DNA of 63,397 nucleotides, counting the filler, from Craspedostauros australis (taxonomy: Eukaryota): NCBI GenBank assembly GCA_030167865.1. It is 8 parts of 8 records of this genome, joined end to end, with 100 filler letters (N's around TTAATTAATTAA, not from the genome) between each part and the next. Parts side by side here need not be neighbours in the genome. Positions count along the whole stretch, not along the records: positions 45,506 to 49,912 come from JALAGF010003283.1; positions 50,013 to 59,347 come from JALAGF010003285.1; 6 more parts are not named here. One strand, given 5' to 3'. Positions 47,463-59,300 of the stretch are shown one piece after another. Position 1 is the stretch's first letter, and the number at the start of each line of letters is the position of its first letter. Position numbers and translations under genes: made by a program. The notes under the pieces are model-generated. The model saw only the letters and a program-made list of their open reading frames with translations. It ran no database searches and was not told the DNA's origin.

Positions 47463-50012
47463 ATACGACTAGGACAAGCAGACATGGAACACGCCGCTCT
47501 TGCTCATCTCCACATGTCATCATCGTCGTTCTTCTTGATCCGCAATTCTCGTCTGTGCTTGGGCAGGAGGTTGTTGCGGTCTGATTTTTCACAAAGGTAA
47601 ACTCTCTGTGTTTCGGCACGCAACACGCAACCACCACAACTCATTCGGCAAAAGAACGCTCTTGGAGCAGAGCAGCGGAAAATACTTCAAGATCTTGATC
47701 ATTTCAACGCAAGAACGCAAGCGATAAATCGGTATCTGGGTTTGCACCTTCCCCAGCAAAAAAAAGGAGAGAAAAAGACTCGCCAACTGATGGGGTGGAA
47801 GGGTCTTCCGTGATCGTCACCTTCGTGACACGAACACAATCAGGTTGTCGAAGCTCGTAGGGAACGAGAGCTGAATGTGCTTTGCGGAACGAAACACCTT
47901 CTTCGAATTTTGGTCGGGCGCACACGGCGGGAGGACGGTTTATAGTGGTCTCGAAATATGTATCTTGGAGTAGAGTATCGCTTCTTGCGACTTACAATGA
48001 TGGGTGAATTAGGCCTGTGCCCCTGTGAGCGCAGCTTTGGCATGAACACTCCAACGCTTATACAGTTTACTGTGCAGCTGCACCACTCAACAATTGCGAA
48101 CGTGCTGCACTGGCTCAGGAGACGCAAGTGGGGGTTTCTGCTCTTGAAAGTAGGAACCGTTTCGCGTTGGTGCCGGACTTTGTGGCTCTCCACTTCACCC
48201 TCACAAGGCATTCGCGTGACGAATACAACACAACTCTGCACAAGTTTCGTGACCTGTTGTGGACAAATGTTCGTCCGCACAGCGAAGACTCTCTGTTGGG
48301 CGAAGACAGAGAGGCATTCGATGACCCTTGAGATCTTCTGTGACTGTCGGTGACCGCTTTGACGACTACCTTCTCCAACCACGTTCACCGACATCGACAA
48401 GACCAATGTGTTTGTGAAGAGAGTGAAGACACCATCAGCAAATCCTCCTTCTCTTCGTGCGATCTTTGAATTGGTGTCATGCATCATGTGCGGACACAGC
48501 CAACATCGACATCAACATCGACATGATGACAACAGAACGCCACTTGCGTCGCGAAGAGATCCTTCCGCAGCAATACGAGCATCGTGTGGATCAAGGTTGA
48601 AATGGCCCCGAACGAGCAATCTGGGAATGAAGGATGGAGGATAGAGGATAGAGAGTGTACCTGAATGCATCTGTGGTGCCACCACGCCGCGGAAGAACGT
48701 TCAGAGGCCATGAACAAAGCATGGACAAAGCATGATGGAAGCAAGAGACGACCTTGCATGAAAGTCGCCGACACCGACCACGCCATGGCTCCTTTCTTGT
48801 GTAGCTCCATTCCATGTCACCTCCAGGAAGGAGCAGATTGTACACCAGGTACAGCCAAGATCTCAACAACACCAGTGGAAGCACCAGCGCGGAATGAAAC
48901 GCATGTACGACCTAGGCGTAGCACCTCCAGCTGCAGCGTCTGTTCCGCGTCCATCTCTGCAAATTCTCTATTGGAGCGTCATCATCGATTTGGGCATCAT
49001 CAACAGCTCGAAGAACCTCCTTGATAGTTGGAATGCTGTCGCTCAATTGTGGCATCGGTGTCGTCTCCAACGACTCATCCGCTCAGGTATCCACTGGCCA
49101 CTGGATCGGTCTGATCTTGATCGTTCCCAGCACCACCCGTGCGCATCTCAACAGCAACATGATCGTGATCGTGATCGTGATTGTTGTCCAAGTGTGCCCA
49201 ATGACAGGAGCCATCAGCTACCGTGGATACTGAGAAGCCACAATTAAACTCAAGGGATCCTGGAGCGGCTCGGGGATGCGGATGATGTTCCCCACGATTG
49301 GGAATGTCGCACATTAGTAGGTATAGTACAGCATGCCAGGATTCAAATCAATCGTTCCACATGACAACCTACTGAGCGGATTCTTTACGGTGTGATCATA
49401 CAAGCTACATGAGCCACAACGTGCGACTGTCAGAATGCAAGCGCGGCCCGAAGTTGGAAAATGATGATGCGCGCACAGACGCGGGACGGCGCATCATCCT
49501 CACCCTCCACCAGCCCTCCAGCTTAAGCTTCGTCTGACAGCTTATCGACAACGCTGTGCTGTTCAGCAAGGGGCTGTTAATGTACACGGGCAGCCAGCGG
49601 TGCATGGAGAATTTCTGGCGGTCAAAACCCACCACGCATCAGATAGATGGAATCATGCCGATCATTACATCACCATGGTCAACAATCAATCCCGCATCCA
49701 CAAGAAGACGGTCCACGAATGGGCCAAGCTCTTCAGTGACTAAGCGCAGAATGATCCAGCGGAGAATGGTGAGGCATTCGTTGATGGTGATAGCTGCTTC
49801 AGTATGAAGCACTGAAGCACGTAAGCAGTCGTACAGCGCACCTACAGCCAACAATAGCTCATGCATGAGGAACAGCAGGACTTGCTCCGTTTGCGCAGAT
49901 TAGCGGCAATCANNNNNNNNNNNNNNNNNNNNNNNNNNNNNNNNNNNNNNNNNNNNTTAATTAATTAANNNNNNNNNNNNNNNNNNNNNNNNNNNNNNNN
50001 NNNNNNNNNNNN

Positions 50013-52093
50013 TCGATGATGACTCCACCGAATCCCTCGTCGAGCAGGAAATCCATTTCTTCCTCGGTTTCGACGTCCACGTACTCGCCGTTGTCGTCCT
50101 TGATCATGGCGCTGCTCATGGCGATGATGTCCTCCGAGAACCATGCTGTCGTCGATTGGTTGATTTCCGAGGTGCATCGGATACCAATGGTGTGGATGAG
50201 TCCAACTGCTTGCGCGAATCTTTCTTCAAAGGCCACGACGTGTATGGCGTCCTCTTTTCCATCGGCCATATGCGTTGTGCTGACGTCATGGATCATCGGG
50301 CTTCCGTCCACGGTTTGCCTCGCCAGGAATTCACGCAGAGTCGTGGTATTGGTCTCCGGATCTTTCGTATCCAGCGCGAAGTCTCCTTTGAGCTGCTCGT
50401 ACTTAAGTCGTCGTACGTAGTTCTGGTGCTTACGTATCATTGCTTGCACCTTCTCCGCTGTCTTGGCTCCCATCACTGATGTGCCGGGTTTTGGCACATA
50501 CCTGTAGTTCAAGCCTTTCCGATCGCCGTCCTTGGTGTTGAAGATCTTGCCAAGCAACTTGGAAGCTCTGCGTGCGTCCTTGACGTCTGCGTGCAGGTGG
50601 AGGGCCATCCACGGAGAGTTGTACCAGCTTCCTCCGTTCTGAAGGTGTTGGTCCTTGACTTCCTCTGACACTTTGCCCATGAACTTGACCCTTCCTCCGA
50701 CTTTGAGTTTGGCTCGCTTCTCCTCCAGTAGTTGATTGATGACCTTCAGCGCCTGTTTTGCCTTGGTAAAGTTTCCCGAGTATGCCATGAACCCAATTTC
50801 CGTGGTGTGTTCAGCGTCCTTCAAGTCCTGTATGTAGGAGTATTCGCCTTCTTGGTACGCTCCTTCGAGTTCCGTGTTCCAGCTTGTAAACATTTGCATG
50901 TCCACGTTGGAAGAGAGCAGGATTTGCAGGTAGACGTCCTCACTTTTGGATGTTGGGTTGGCTCTTCCGATGTAGTATCGAAGGTCCTTCCATGCTGCTG
51001 GGATGTCTGCCGATGTGACGATGCACCCTTTGGACTTGTTCTTCTTGTACCAGGGGCTGATGACTAGGCTTGCGTCCATGCCTTTTGCCTCCTCGTACCA
51101 CATCCCGAATCTTTCTTGGAAGTCCCTCACCGGAGTGCGCGATCCTTTAGCGATTTTTAGTCGCATCTCGAACCTTTCGTAGTATCTGCGTTTTGGGGTG
51201 GAGATTTGCGTTGGCTTCTTTTTCTGCGTTGTCCATCCCTCTTCTTCGGTTGGGCGGTTGCTCGGGTTGTTGTCCGTTGCTGCTGGAGCTTTCGCTGTGC
51301 TGAGCTTTCCGTTTGCGTCTCGCGGAGCTGGCGCTGTTACTTTGGTGGTGGTAGTGAAGGCTGTGAGGTTGGATTGTTTGAGCGGTTTCTTGTGGATGAG
51401 TGCTTGAAGATCGTAGCTGTCGTCGTCGCTTTCAACTTGCATTCCCTCTGTGTCTGTGTTCACCTCTGGGGGCGGGTTCTCATCCATGTATTGACACCCC
51501 ATGTAGTTCGTGGCTGCTGCCCACAGGATGGTCATCTGGTTGGTGGCCATGGTCTTCCCGCCTGGCTTGAGCGCGTCCTTAAAGCACTTTGCTGGATCTG
51601 TGAGAGACAGATCTGCAACGAGTTGCTTTATGGCTACCCTCGCTGGGTCGTCTGGCTGGACCTTGGCTTTGCCCAGTCGCGTGGTGCGCCCGTCCATCAC
51701 CGTTTGGAAAAATGTCGTGGTTTCTTTGATGGTGGGCATGGCCGCCGACACAAGTGCCGTGTCCTTGCCCTCCCACGTCGCCTTCATGACAAGCGTTTTC
51801 TTTGTTTGGTTGTGAAGTGCTCTCTCCTCCTCGCCGTATACCTCCCCCGGCTTGAAGCCTTTGGCTTGACGTGCGATCGCTTCTTGCAGCTTTTTCCACC
51901 TCGCTGTGTTGGGGTCTTTCCATGCTGTGGACACTTCTCCTCTTTTCTCCATCATTTCTTCTGCGTTTCCTTTCGGATTTGGCTTGGGTGGTGGCTTGGG
52001 AGAAGCTGTCTGCACAGCCGGTCCTTGGGCATCCTTCATCTCGGTGTCGTCGACGATGTCGTCTGCGATTCTCACTTGTTTGGTCGTCTTCAT
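50013..52093 (-). mobile_element. Probable ORF1 (gag-like) of a diatom non-LTR retrotransposon (Ambal-like); ORF2 would lie beyond the contig end
   Basis: Intronless open frame of about 690 codons from MKTTKQ. Lys/Pro-rich N-half, then ISPW...DIP...YY, EIGFMAYS, ALH, YRYVP, KHQNY pattern recalled from diatom LINE ORF1 proteins. A/C-rich leader. No RT is visible, so the assignment is inferential. Confidence 0.55.
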
Positions 52094-52240
52094 TGTCGGT
52101 TTTGGATCTTTCGTGTCACGTAGAGATTGCTGTAGATTGAGTACTGGTTGTTTTTTGGTTTGTGTGTTTTTGTTTTGTTCTAGTGTTATCGTTGGTTTCG
52201 TTTTTTCGGGTTCTGGTATTATGCCTCTGGTATCAAGAAG

Positions 52241-53687
52241 ATGCCCATGAAGTGGGACCTTCTGCCTTGGCGTATCAGCCACTTTTCTGTCACGGCCAGT
52301 GCTGCCCAGCGGCTTTTCCACAAGCTCATGGTGGCTGAGGTTCTTCAGATTTGTGCTCGTGCGGTCCTCAACGCAAAGAAACACAGCCCAACCATGGATG
52401 ACTTCACAAAGCTTGTATTAGGAGAACACTCCATCACCTTTTCATCAGGTTTTGGTCCAGCAGGGTTGGGCATGAGGTTCAAAAACTGTGTGCAGTTCAT
52501 GATTGGCTTCACAACTCAAGCATGCTTCAATCTTTCAGTGGAGGAGATGTACTCCACCAATATTCTTCAAACTGGCAGTGGATTTCCAACCAGGGAGGAG
52601 TGCATGCAAGCATGGGACCTCATTAAAGATTTCGACAAAGCACCAGAAAGGGATCAACCTACTTACCGATGGTTAACTCTGGAGAAGTGCTGCAACGAAG
52701 TGCTGGATCACATGGTGCTGCAAAGTATGACATCTGAGAGGTACATTGCCCTTGACAACGACAAAGTGCAATGCATAAGTCGTGGCAGCAAGAGCAACCT
52801 TTGCAGAGTACGACACATCCAAAAAATTGGTTTGGGTACGTGTGCCATGTCCATCGCAATGTTTGAGTGATCGTGTGCTTTGCTTCTTGGCTGAGTTGAA
52901 GCCAAATGCATCCATACTCTCAACCTATGTTCTTTTCTTGCATTCTACTCTCCTTCTATTCTTCCTCAGCCTTGTTGCCAACACAATGACATTCACCTGT
53001 TCCGGTATGCCATGTGGTCTGTTCTAGCTCAGGAGATCTCAAGGCGGAGATACAAAGTTGACACTGGACGCCATCAAGCAGCAGCTCGGGAAGGGAATGC
53101 TGTGGCTGGAGGATGTAACCGTCTTGTTTGACCGAGGCTACAGCTGCGAAGAGATAGTAAAAAATCTTATCGAAATTGGAGCTGATATCCTCAGCACCCA
53201 CAAGCGCGACGGATACCTCCCATTTGATTTTGGTCAACGCGAACGGAGACAAAAAGGTCAAATGGATCTTCGGATGAAGGGGATACTGTACATTTGGATT
53301 GCTTCCACTGACAAGATACCAAACAAGGTATTGGCAGGCCATGTCATGAGGGACAACAGCAAGATAGTGTTTGGAGTTGACACCAAGAGGGGTGGCTTTG
53401 AGTGGGATCTGACTCATGTCAACTTTGCTGATGGAAGCTGTATGACAACCTTGTCAATGCTCCTACTGATGCAGACTTGCAGAAGTCTTCCTTCCCCAAT
53501 GTTTCATACCATTTGCATACAACTACGGCGCATGCCTTGCAGTGCAAAAAGGAGAGAGGAATTTGGCGCATGCTGATCATCTCTTCCTTGTAACTGATGG
53601 TGGAGACCAAAGACGAGATGCCATGGCTCAGGTCCACATCGCCCAGGAGGAATTGCAACGCCAACAAGAAGCGGCCACAGCAAGATG
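52241..53687 (+). pseudogene. Decayed DDE transposase, piggyBac/IS4-like
   Basis: YIALDNDK (first catalytic-D region) and VTVLFDRGY...GADILSTHKR...LPF (second D region) in broken frames. Cut on the right by the LTR at 53688. Confidence 0.55.
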
Positions 53688-54348
53688 TGTTAGGAATCGA
53701 GGGTACGACTCTGTCGAAGATACCCATGATTTCCGCAACTCCCAACATTATTCGTCACACCTTTGGATATTATTCATTCCACCCACGAACCAAATCACAC
53801 ATGACTGACCTCAGTCTTACCAAGTAAATCAGCCTGTCCTCCATGAATCAAGAAAAGCCACGACATCGGAAAACAGGACGTCCCAGCATCAGACACGGAA
53901 TCATGATCAAACCAAATATCGACGTCATGGTGAAGGAAGATGGTGACTGACAGATTGGTGATCACCCCATCTGGAGAACAAGACACGTGCCACTCACGGA
54001 CTAGAACAATTCAGAAAGGTCATCAAGCATGACACCAATCGTAGAGTTTGGTGTCAGGAGATCAAAAGAGAAACGCATGACTGTGGAATCGTACCACAGC
54101 GAATGTAGATGATGATATGCATGACGAGATGCATGATGATGATGCCTGCGGATTGGATTGATGAATGCAAGCGAGAGGTTCATGATGATGAGATGCATGA
54201 ATGCAACAGTATAACATGATGCTGCTGCAGAAGATGCTATATGAGAAATGAAAGTTGAAAGAGCTGAAGAGAATGAGCTTACAGTTCTAAGACAGTACAA
54301 TCTAACAACCAAATAGTTCCTACTAACATTAACCCCGGATTTCCAACA
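53688..54348 (+). mobile_element. Solo-type LTR, copy 1 (661 bp)
   Basis: Starts TGTTAGGAATCGAGGGT and ends CCCCGGATTTCCAACA. Both ends are homologous to the reverse complement of 55290-56075. Flanks (AAGATG / TTCGTC) are not a TSD. Confidence 0.75.
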
Positions 54349-54441
54349 TTCGTCTTAATTCGTTGGCTAGTTGATATTATTCATTGCAGTAAGGTGGCCA
54401 TGAGGTGGATCATAAGTGATAGTCTATCAGTCTACACACGC

Positions 54442-56336
54442 CTAGTCGTGACCCATGCCTTCGCGAGCGGTCAGAAGCGCCTTGTCTGGATCGAATGCAG
54501 GGTAGCCGTTCCCAAGTTCGATTTGCGTGATCACAGCAACAGCATGAAACACAGTTTGGTGTTTGTCGACATGGTGGCGCCATTTCTGGCCTAGACGACC
54601 CCACTGCTTGAGTCTGCCGTTGATCGTTTCGTGACGAGCTCGCAAGATACCATCAGCCTTGTACGTTGGGAGGAACACGGAATCATCGCCCCTGTACCCC
54701 TTGTCTGCCAAAACGAGTTCGCCTCGGCGCAGTTTGCCTTTCAGCTCCATGCGAAACAACGTGAGATCATTGGCCAAGCCACACGGGAACGGTCCATTCA
54801 CCCAGACAATTTCGCCGTTCGTGATGGACACGGCAACTTCGTACCTCAGTCCTGCAGCATGGAACTTTTGCGAATACCACACTCTGTTGAACGGTCTTGG
54901 TTCGTTGGTGCGGAAGTCGGTCCCGTCCACAGTCATGAACGCACTAGTGTGTTCCGATGCGCCGAGCATACGATTCTCCCAAATGATCTGTTGGACCCCA
55001 ATGAGTCGTGTATCGTGTTCAGTCGTGGATGAAAATAAGGGAAACAACGCGTGGTGAGGGTGGGCGTTTCAGTCAGTCCCAGTTGGATCCTGTGTGGCGG
55101 TTGACATTCGCATTGCAATCAATGTAGTCGTAGCATGTTCAAATTGTCGCGCAATAGAGCAAGATGTTAGACTGTCCTTACCACATCATCCTTCAGATCC
55201 GCTATCAACTTCGCCATGGTCCACGCCCATTTGCGAAAGGTCTTTGGTAATACCTGCATCATTCGTGCCACGACTGTCTCCGCAAGATATGTTGGAAATC
55301 CGGGGTAGTAGTATAGTCTAATGCTTATTAAACTGTACCGTTTCAGAACTGTGAGAACAACATCTTCATTTCTCGTTTCCTCAAGTCGCTTGTTCATGAT
55401 AATGCTGGAGGCACCCTGTAGTTGCTCCTGCATTCATCATAACAATCCTCCTCCATTCACATCTTGTTGTTCATGACAGGTGTATTTCATCATGCTTGTT
55501 CATAGAGGTCTCCTCCTTCACTCCTGCGGTGCATGCATGCCGATGCTCGATTCACTCTCTTCTGATCAGGCATCCATCACTCATTCAGTACACTCTTCCG
55601 TGTTGTTCACTCACTCTTCTCACATGTTCACTGGTGGTCACACTTGGTTCAGAACATGGAGTTCTGGCACGATTAGTCCAGTCCTTCGATGATGCTCCAG
55701 TCCGCGCTTTGTTCTCCTTCGGCGGTTCTCTGCCAGTCACGTAATCATGTTCTGAGTTCTGATTGACACAACAGTGATAGCGATTTCGCATAGATATTTC
55801 GGTTCGACTGGTCAACCCTCGTGCTTGGAACACTTCGGTGTTCCAGTCTCCCTTTTGCATCCATCGTTCGCCATGTTAGTTCGCCAATCATCTCAAAACA
55901 TGTCACATCATTAGTCTGTCCGTCTTCCGTCATACTCTTGACACACAGAGGAGGAGGTCCACAATCGACTTGGGAGCGTGTCCGACTTTGGTAGATCAAT
56001 CAGTCTATTTTTGGTATTTTGGGAGGTGCGGCAATCTAGGATAACACGGCATAGTCGCACCCTCGATTCCTGACAAAGATACATTCGGAGAAACGCGCAC
56101 ATCCACAGGAGATGTTTTGGCTTCACATGGTCGGGCAAGAGGTTCGCCCCAAGCAAGTCATCCCACAGGAGGTGCAAGATGGAGGGATCTGTGCCAAATA
56201 CGGACCGATAGTCTCTCGTGAGCAAGTTTGTCACGTGCTCGGCCCCAGCCAAATCCAGATTCGTGCCAATTAAGGCGAATCCTTCAACAGCAAAAGTTCC
56301 ATCAGCAACCGTGTGAGGGTCTGTTGGCACGTCCAT
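54442..56336 (-). mobile_element. PIF/Harbinger-type (DDE_Tnp_4-like) transposase interrupted by a solo LTR; coding pieces 56336-56076, 55283-55182, 54987-54442
   Basis: N-terminal YRSVFG...LW...KHLLW..FLRMYL, then AETVV...KTFRKWAW...IADL, a GTAAGG...CAG intron, then IIWENR, VDGTDF, WYSQKF, GLRYEV, VWVNGPFPCG, ADKGYRG, RARHETINGRLK. The D-D-E triad is intact. Confidence 0.88.
55290..56075 (-). mobile_element. Solo LTR, copy 2 (786 bp), with 6-bp TSD AAGATA
   Basis: TG...CA termini with imperfect terminal inverted repeats (TGTTGGAAATC vs TGTCAGGAATC). AAGATA lies at 55284-55289 and 56076-56081. Removing the insert restores the transposase frame. Confidence 0.88.
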
Positions 56337-59300
56337 GGTTGGTTCGTGAATGCGTGCTGTGGGCTGGCGTGTGGTGCTCACTTTGTGTGCGCAACGGTAC
56401 CGTGTGCCATGTAGCAGCTTGCTCTGCAAAAAACAATCGATACCCAATCCACACAGAGTGGAGTAGCACTAGAGCAGAGCAGAGCAGAGCAGAGCAGAGC
56501 AGAAGAGGACAGTGATGCAGCACAGAATTGGGAAGAGTACAGCATCAACTTGCCTGCCATTTTGTTGCTATTCTGCTGCATCGTATTTCTGTTGGTGTTT
56601 TTGGCGCTCGTGAACAGAAACTGCAACAAGTGTGCATCTCCTGTTGATGAACGCAGGCCACAACGGAGGTGGATTTAGTCGCACGATGGGAGAAGCGTCG
56701 TACAGTCGTCTGTAGAGGAGTCTAATTTTTCGCGAGAAGCCTACGACTAAAAAGCACGACTGTTCCGCGATTCGACGCGGTCGACTAAAAAATTTGAAAC
56801 GAGTCTTGGATTAGTCTTCTAGATGAACCGAAGTACCGCTACAATTCGTGGGACACAGTTAGGCGACACCTCGCCCCACCCGTTGGACAAGAATGCAACG
56901 GGAACAACCGCGAGCGTGCTCGTCACTAGGCGAGCGTATTGATGACATGTGCCACACCGTGCATGGGCACCGCTACCAACTTCGCTACCAACTCTGCAAC
57001 AATGTCACCTGTGTTGTGCCTGCCAGAGACAAAAGCATCGCAAGAACTATCGCTGAGAAACAGGAGGTGCCGATTTGTACGGTACAGTACTCCAGTACTC
57101 CTTTCGTAGAATACTACTCAACGGTAGCACCCAACGACAGTTACGAAATGCAACTTGTCGTTGGTAGGAACGAACCCGAGGAGGCTTGGAGGGAAACGCG
57201 AATAGGAGAAGCGATTGGGGGAGCGTTGAAGCCGGGAATGGAAAGAGAGAAGAGGAATTGGGAAGAGAAACCACATCCAATTCCACGAAGGAAATCCTGA
57301 GCGTTCCGTCTAGTTTACTCCTTTTGTTCGTGACAATGTAGCGATGAAGTGAAATACAGCACTGGAGATAAGGCAATAATCCCGTCTCCATTTCCCATGG
57401 GGGAAATGGAGAGCGATTCATCGATGATTCCTGTGGATTACCGTTGGATCGCCACGACGATTGCGTGGAAATCTATTCGTCTCGGTAATCCTCCCTCCCC
57501 ATCGCCATCACCCCAACCTGATGGATCGCCATGGCAAGCGGATCGGATTAGGCGGGAATCCGTCCATCTGAACAGTCTGTTGCAGTTTTTCCTCACCAAC
57601 ATTGTCCTCCAATCAAGCGTTCGTGTAGACTAACGGAAATGCTAGTTTGTCATGGGACTAAATCAAGCATTCAACCAATGAAACATCTACTTCCACATGG
57701 CCACACTGATCCAGTATGCCATATGAAGGGGAAAGGAGCTTGAAAATTTGACAAGTTCAGTGTCTGTTGCAATCAAGACACCCTCTGCCAATTTTGTGTT
57801 CCCGATTTGTCTAGACTCAATTGAAATTTCTGTTTCTCACAGTATCATCTATGCTGAATGCAACTAATGCAATTGTGGCTTGTTGGTAATCATCCAAATC
57901 ATCATGCCAAGCAACATACATAGCTTTTACTACAACATGTTGCTTCACAGGAGTTTGCAAAACCCTGCATTTACATCTCATGAATCAAAGCCAACACTGA
58001 GGTGCACACAATGCCACGACGCTGGACACAGACCTGCCACCAAGTCCAACTCCTAAAACAGAAGATCAGGAGTGGTGAAATCCCCCCTGAGCAATCCTGG
58101 CGACAGGTTTGGAACAACAATGAAGAAGCAAGGTGCTTCATCGAACCAGAATTCAAACATACCCTTCGTCGACTCCGCCAGAAGGTTCTCGAAGAAAAAC
58201 GTAAGTTCCTTGTTGACCTGAACAGCTGCTTCCTGCTGATGTCATGACATTCCTTTCCTGCATTGGCACTCACACTTTCTCAGGTTGCAGAGGCGCAATA
58301 GCGTCTCCCACCGTGACAGAGCTCGCAGAGACGCAATAGCGTCCCCCACCGTGACAGAGCTCGCAGAGAACGCTCGAGACATCCGCGACGCTGCTCGCAT
58401 GGTTCGGATCGAAATTCCCCCTCCCCTTCCAGACCCACACTCGGACCACGCACCAACATCAACCACGACTACAACACTCGCGCCTTCCACAGCACCAACT
58501 GCTCCCACACCATTCGCCCAAACACAAACAACTACCACAGACACATCAACACCAACCATGTTCACCCACCAACCACATCAACCAACCAACCAAAACAACA
58601 ACAACATGGACATGAGCGAATGGCTAAAGGAGAATGGTAACTTGAACCTGCCTGTCTTGCGCACTTGCTACCTGAGTGACAATGGTGCTCGCATCCTTGA
58701 CCTCATGTTTCAAGTGCCAGGGGGCAGTTGTCTCGAGGATTTCACAGTGTCAGTGGTACCGGGGCATGTCTGTGCGCGTGGAGATGGAGCAGATGGCCGC
58801 GCTTGCTGACGTGGAGGCCGTCCACACTGTTCTTCGTGCCGCTGGCATGGCTGAAGGCAATTCTGTTGTGCCTTTCGCTGACGAGCAAGCCCGCCGCGAC
58901 GCTTATGGCTCCTCGATCGCCAGCCTCAAGCGTTCGCCCAATGGCAGGCCCGTCCGTTGCCAGACCGTTAACCTACCGTTTGCGGTTAACTGGAGATTTG
59001 AAGAAAAGCAGCGATGGTGTGCTGCCTGGTGTGACATTAGTGGAAATCGAAATTCCTGACCCAGCCAATAATGGCTTTTCTAACGCCGGAGTTCTCCTTG
59101 TTCGCATGGTGGAGTTGCATCCGGCCCAACCGCTTTTCTCGCGCGCGACACATGCCAAAAAGCCGCCTTCTACATACCCGATCGCGAACATGAACGCCGT
59201 TGCAGGCATTCCAACATTTAACCGCGCGCCTTCCCACCACTCGATTGCGCGCGACGACAACACCTACACATCAAGCATTGCCACCTCGACGAATGTGTCA

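Noticed and set aside
47600..49912. Scattered 60-215 aa ORFs, including two in-frame ORFs at 49405-49866 separated by one stop
   Set aside because: No recognisable motifs or consistent splice structure.
54332..55306. Perfect 18-bp inverted repeat ACCCCGGATTTCCAACAT flanking the transposase core, preceded by TTAA, at first read as DNA-transposon TIRs
   Set aside because: Both copies are the 3' ends of two inverted LTRs whose homology extends outward, and there is no matching TSD.
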